From: Octopus vulgaris
Lineage: Eukaryota
NCBI GenBank assembly: GCA_951406725.2
Contig: OX597832.1
Span: 30,256,001-30,320,000 of the forward strand
Direction: 5' to 3'
DNA: 64,000 nt
A program made the position numbers and the translations under genes. This document shows positions 61,689-64,000 of the stretch, piece after piece. The notes under the pieces are model-generated. The model did not search any database, was not told the origin of the DNA, and saw only the letters and a list, made by a program, of their open reading frames with translations. Positions within the stretch are counted from its first letter, which is position 1, and each line of letters starts with the position of its first letter.

Positions 61689-63317
61689 GTATATATAATG
61701 TGTACATATTAAGCTATGTAATATTATTTTGTTGCAGAAGATTTGGATTTAAAGTAGAATACAATAGAATTGTTCCCTGATATTAATTTTCTGAGCCAAT
61801 GGGAAGATTTTGAATGTAACCCTGCAAGCTAAGCAAAAGCTATTTGCAAGATAGCTTTTGTGGCTGGTTCCCTGTCCAGAATATGGAGTCAGTTAGTTTG
61901 CAAGGTTTTATCTGAATGCATTGCTCCTCTCAGACTACTACTCCTGCTGCTAACATTTGACCTTCCCTTTGGTACCAATCCATTGTTTGGTGGGGAATCC
62001 ACTTCATGGTGACTTAAGGAGAGGAAAATGTCATCACACAACTTGATTGCAGGCAGTGTCCTGGAATATACCCAGGACATCGAGGTAGTGATGAGGGGCC
62101 GAGAAGTGGGGTGGGTGGGCTTTGTTATTATTCCAACCTGGCCATTATAATAATAAAATAAATACATTTCTGGCCTTTTGAAGACAAATAGTGCCGAGTC
62201 TTTAGGAAATTAGAAAATCTAAAAATCTAACTAGATTTTTGTTAATCTTTTCAGGCCTTTGTGAAGAACTTGCAGGATATTTCTATTAACAAAGAGAAAC
62301 CTCCAATTCCACCTTTAGTGGTGATGACTTTGAATCTAAGAACTTTACCAAACCCCAAGACTCGAGAGAATGAGGTAAGATACATTAAAGAAACAGGTGA
62401 CATCCATGTGTTCTGTTTTAGACTTTTGTTAGAAAATTTTTTATCATTCAAATAATCTTTTTTCTTTCTTTCTAGAATTGCTGTCTTTAGTAGGAGATGG
62501 TCATCTTCTCGCTGACCACTCAGTTGTGAAGAACAGCAACATTTTTTTTAATCAATCACTTATCCCTTTTCAAGTCTACCATGAAATTATATTGTGATAG
62601 AACGGTCAATGAAACCCACAAGAGGACCCAGGCTCATTAAATCTATAAGTTAACAAAAGCATTCATCAATTTTAAATTGTTGCTAGTGACAACCTGTCCT
62701 GTTTTTGTGGTACCGAGATACAAACTATGTGGCCTGAGGCTATTTGGTTAGAAGTGCCTTGGTTGTGAGCAGTGGGCAGCCCCAGTGGCAGTTGATAAAC
62801 ATGGCCTCTCACATATTCAATCAGTTACCTCTAGTTCCCAGATCGTCAAACACAAACCATAATTTTACCATAATTACTGACCATCTCATTTATTCAGTTC
62901 CACATTCTCAGAATGGCAATTCATTATTTAGAGTTAACCATTTTTTGTTACTTTGTTGAATTGTTTCACAGCCTCAGAAGGAGAGGAGTAGAAGATCACC
63001 CACCCCCATCATTCAAGAGATGGTGGCAGGGGTCATACTTTTATTGGGATATTTACAAACTGTATAGGACAACATAATGGTCATCTGAATGGTCACAACC
63101 ATTTGGAATTAACATTAATTAAAAGAATGGAAACATTGTTGCATTTTTGTTTAATAATTTGTTAATTAAAATCCAAAAATAGTTTTAGAAACATGAAGAG
63201 ACTGACTAATTGTATTTCTAATTTGTTAGATAATTGCTGCAGCTTATTTGGTTCAGAAATCATTTGGAATTGACAAACCTGCCCCAAAGACCCAATTCTT
63301 CAACGAACACCAATGTG
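43459..63317 (+). CDS. POLA1: DNA polymerase alpha catalytic subunit, coding exons 1-17 (3' part lies beyond the window)
   Basis: 17 exons join in frame (1789 nt) with GT-AG introns. Recognisable segments: [27 protein letters not shown] (Ctf4/AND-1-binding CIP box), [24 protein letters not shown]...[37 protein letters not shown]. Confidence 0.96.
44385..44512. mobile_element. 128-bp MITE with GG termini and 8-bp TSD (Merlin-like)
   Basis: TSD AGGGACTC at 44377-44384 and 44513-44520; ~36-bp imperfect TIRs (CTACTTAAATACA...). Confidence 0.75.
46389..46498 (+). CDS. POLA1: POLA1 exon 2 ([37 protein letters not shown])
   Basis: Similar to human [28 protein letters not shown]; phases fit. Confidence 0.9.
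47441..47537 (+). CDS. POLA1: POLA1 exon 3 ([32 protein letters not shown])
   Basis: Conserved N-terminal histone-binding region; strong polypyrimidine acceptor. Confidence 0.95.
47642..47722 (+). CDS. POLA1: POLA1 exon 4 ([27 protein letters not shown])
   Basis: [13 protein letters not shown] motif. Confidence 0.95.
48303..48415 (+). CDS. POLA1: POLA1 exon 5 ([38 protein letters not shown])
   Basis: NIRNMF matches human NIKSMF; atypical AAG acceptor, alternative in-phase start at 48309. Confidence 0.82.
48700..49001. mobile_element. MITE with ~80-bp TIRs (GGTACTACTTGAG...) and 9-bp TSD, Merlin- or MULE-like; right-half copy at 1925-2041
   Basis: TSD GGTGATTAA at 48691-48699 and 49002-49010; long inverted arms; internal A-rich minisatellite. 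Confidence 0.8.
49098..49318. mobile_element. piggyBac-type MITE, opposite orientation
   Basis: TTAA TSD, CCC/GGG TIRs. Confidence 0.8.
49580..51105 (+). mobile_element. 5'-truncated, internally deleted RTE-clade LINE with 3'UTR and (GAT)n tail
   Basis: RT fragments [36 protein letters not shown] with stops; tandem GCCAGTGGCAC units in the 3'UTR; (GAT)n end. Confidence 0.9.
51398..51705 (-). repeat. Short RTE 3'-end copy with (CAT)n tail; others at ~14799-15060, 22630-22830, 24590-24890, 25603-25760, 44688-44955, 45722-46020, 54010-54277, 57140-57472, 63818-63968
   Basis: Shared core CTGGATGCCCTTCCTAACGCCAACC, identical to the 3' end of the LINE at 49580-51105. Confidence 0.8.
53812..53924 (+). 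CDS. POLA1: POLA1 exon 6 ([37 protein letters not shown])
   Basis: DDIL CIP-box-like motif; TAG/AAG tandem acceptor; GTAAGA donor. Confidence 0.88.
54429..54703 (+). CDS. POLA1: POLA1 exon 7 ([10 protein letters not shown]...EEKENETL), low-complexity linker
   Basis: NPF motif; lies within ORF 54388..54780; phases 2->1 fit neighbouring exons. Confidence 0.85.
55045..55129 (+). CDS. POLA1: POLA1 exon 8 ([28 protein letters not shown])
   Basis: Strong acceptor, GTAAGA donor, phases 1->2 fit. Confidence 0.85.
56035..56219 (+). CDS. POLA1: POLA1 exon 9 ([10 protein letters not shown]...DSSKLPL...[16 protein letters not shown])
   Basis: Start of the conserved PolB N-terminal domain. Confidence 0.95.
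56351..56463 (+). CDS. POLA1: POLA1 exon 10 ([38 protein letters not shown])
   Basis: Highly conserved Pol alpha segment. Confidence 0.96.
57544..57660 (+). CDS. POLA1: POLA1 exon 11 ([39 protein letters not shown])
   Basis: VYEEF...KYKI..KSK match; 117 nt, phase 0. Confidence 0.94.
58207..58281 (+). CDS. POLA1: POLA1 exon 12 ([25 protein letters not shown])
   Basis: YAFE..DVP..S.YLEV.Y motif. Confidence 0.95.
58617..58983 (+). mobile_element. tRNA-derived SINE with internal microsatellite; copies at 17800-18130, 22870-23035, 33610-33860, 38665-39000, 46985-47350, 55300-55830
   Basis: Collinear copies with GGTTCAGTCCC B box, CORE-like TTGGGCAAGTGTCTT segment and common tail. Confidence 0.85.
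59132..59205 (+). CDS. POLA1: POLA1 exon 13 ([25 protein letters not shown])
   Basis: [15 protein letters not shown] motif. Confidence 0.95.
60443..60507 (+). CDS. POLA1: POLA1 exon 14 ([21 protein letters not shown])
   Basis: KGPCWL motif. Confidence 0.95.
61265..61302 (+). CDS. POLA1: POLA1 exon 15, 38 nt ([13 protein letters not shown])
   Basis: PVSWCK.E motif; CAG/AAG tandem acceptor. Confidence 0.92.
62255..62374 (+). CDS. POLA1: POLA1 exon 16 ([40 protein letters not shown])
   Basis: PPLVVM, start of the inactive exonuclease domain. Confidence 0.94.
63230..63317 (+). CDS. POLA1: POLA1 exon 17 ([29 protein letters not shown])
   Basis: Matches human [34 protein letters not shown] donor. 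Confidence 0.93.
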
Positions 63318-64000
63318 GTAAGTAATTGCTGGATTTTCTTTAATTGGTAGATTAAATATCTTCTCATCAAAACCTTGACAGTACCACCAAAACTACTACC
63401 AGTACCCTCTCATGTTGTTGCTAGAAGATAGGCTAGCCTTTCAAGGAAGCCTCCTCGTGGTCACTCAAATTGCTAGAAATATCAACCCAAACCCCTTTAA
63501 TTCACACCCTGCTGTCTTAATATGAGGAGGCACATTGCATAATTTTGACTTAGATTCCCTGAAAAGTGTTTGATGTCTGCAGCAAGATTTCCTTTGATTA
63601 CAGACCGGCTCTCTCAGAGTTAAGTAGGGGTTAGATATCAACAACAGCAATGACCCTGCTCCCTTTATGACCATCTCTACCATATCAAACCCTGGTTATA
63701 CATGAAGTGGACTTATATGTTAGTTCAGTTGTGATATAGCTGAGTTATATGGTATCCTTTCGAAATTTGTCTTGCATTTCCCGACAAAATATTTTCAGTT
63801 CTTTTCGTTAAGCACAATCATCATCATCATCATTTAGAGTCCGTTTTTCCATGCTGGCATGGGTGGTTGGTTCGACTGGAGCTGGTAAGTGCCAGAGAGC
63901 TGCACCAGATTCCAGCCTGTTTTGGCTTGGTTTCTATGTCTGGATGCCCTTCCTAATGCCAACCACTACAAAACAAAATATTTTAACTTTTTTTTTTCAT

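Overview
AT-rich, repeat-dense animal genomic DNA. The SINE, RTE and MITE families and the microsatellite load look like Octopus; this is inferred from recognition, not from a search. Two spliced genes sit head-to-head. On the minus strand is a complete choline-phosphate cytidylyltransferase (PCYT1/CCT; 8 core coding exons, 28694->10181, about 373 aa). On the plus strand are the first 17 coding exons of the DNA polymerase alpha catalytic subunit (POLA1; 43459->63317, about 596 codons, running off the window), with an E2F site just upstream of its ATG. Most ORFs in the supplied track are repeat artefacts. Most notable: (1) three fold-back structures in one PCYT1 intron carrying Penelope-type minimal hammerhead ribozyme motifs, one a tRNA-head + (AAT)n + hammerhead composite; (2) a candidate alternative first exon that would put an N-terminal transmembrane anchor on the normally amphitropic CCT enzyme; (3) the same divergent PCYT1-POLA1 arrangement as human Xp22; (4) an apparent 4-nt intron slide in PCYT1. 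All coordinates were counted by hand and may be off by a few bases.
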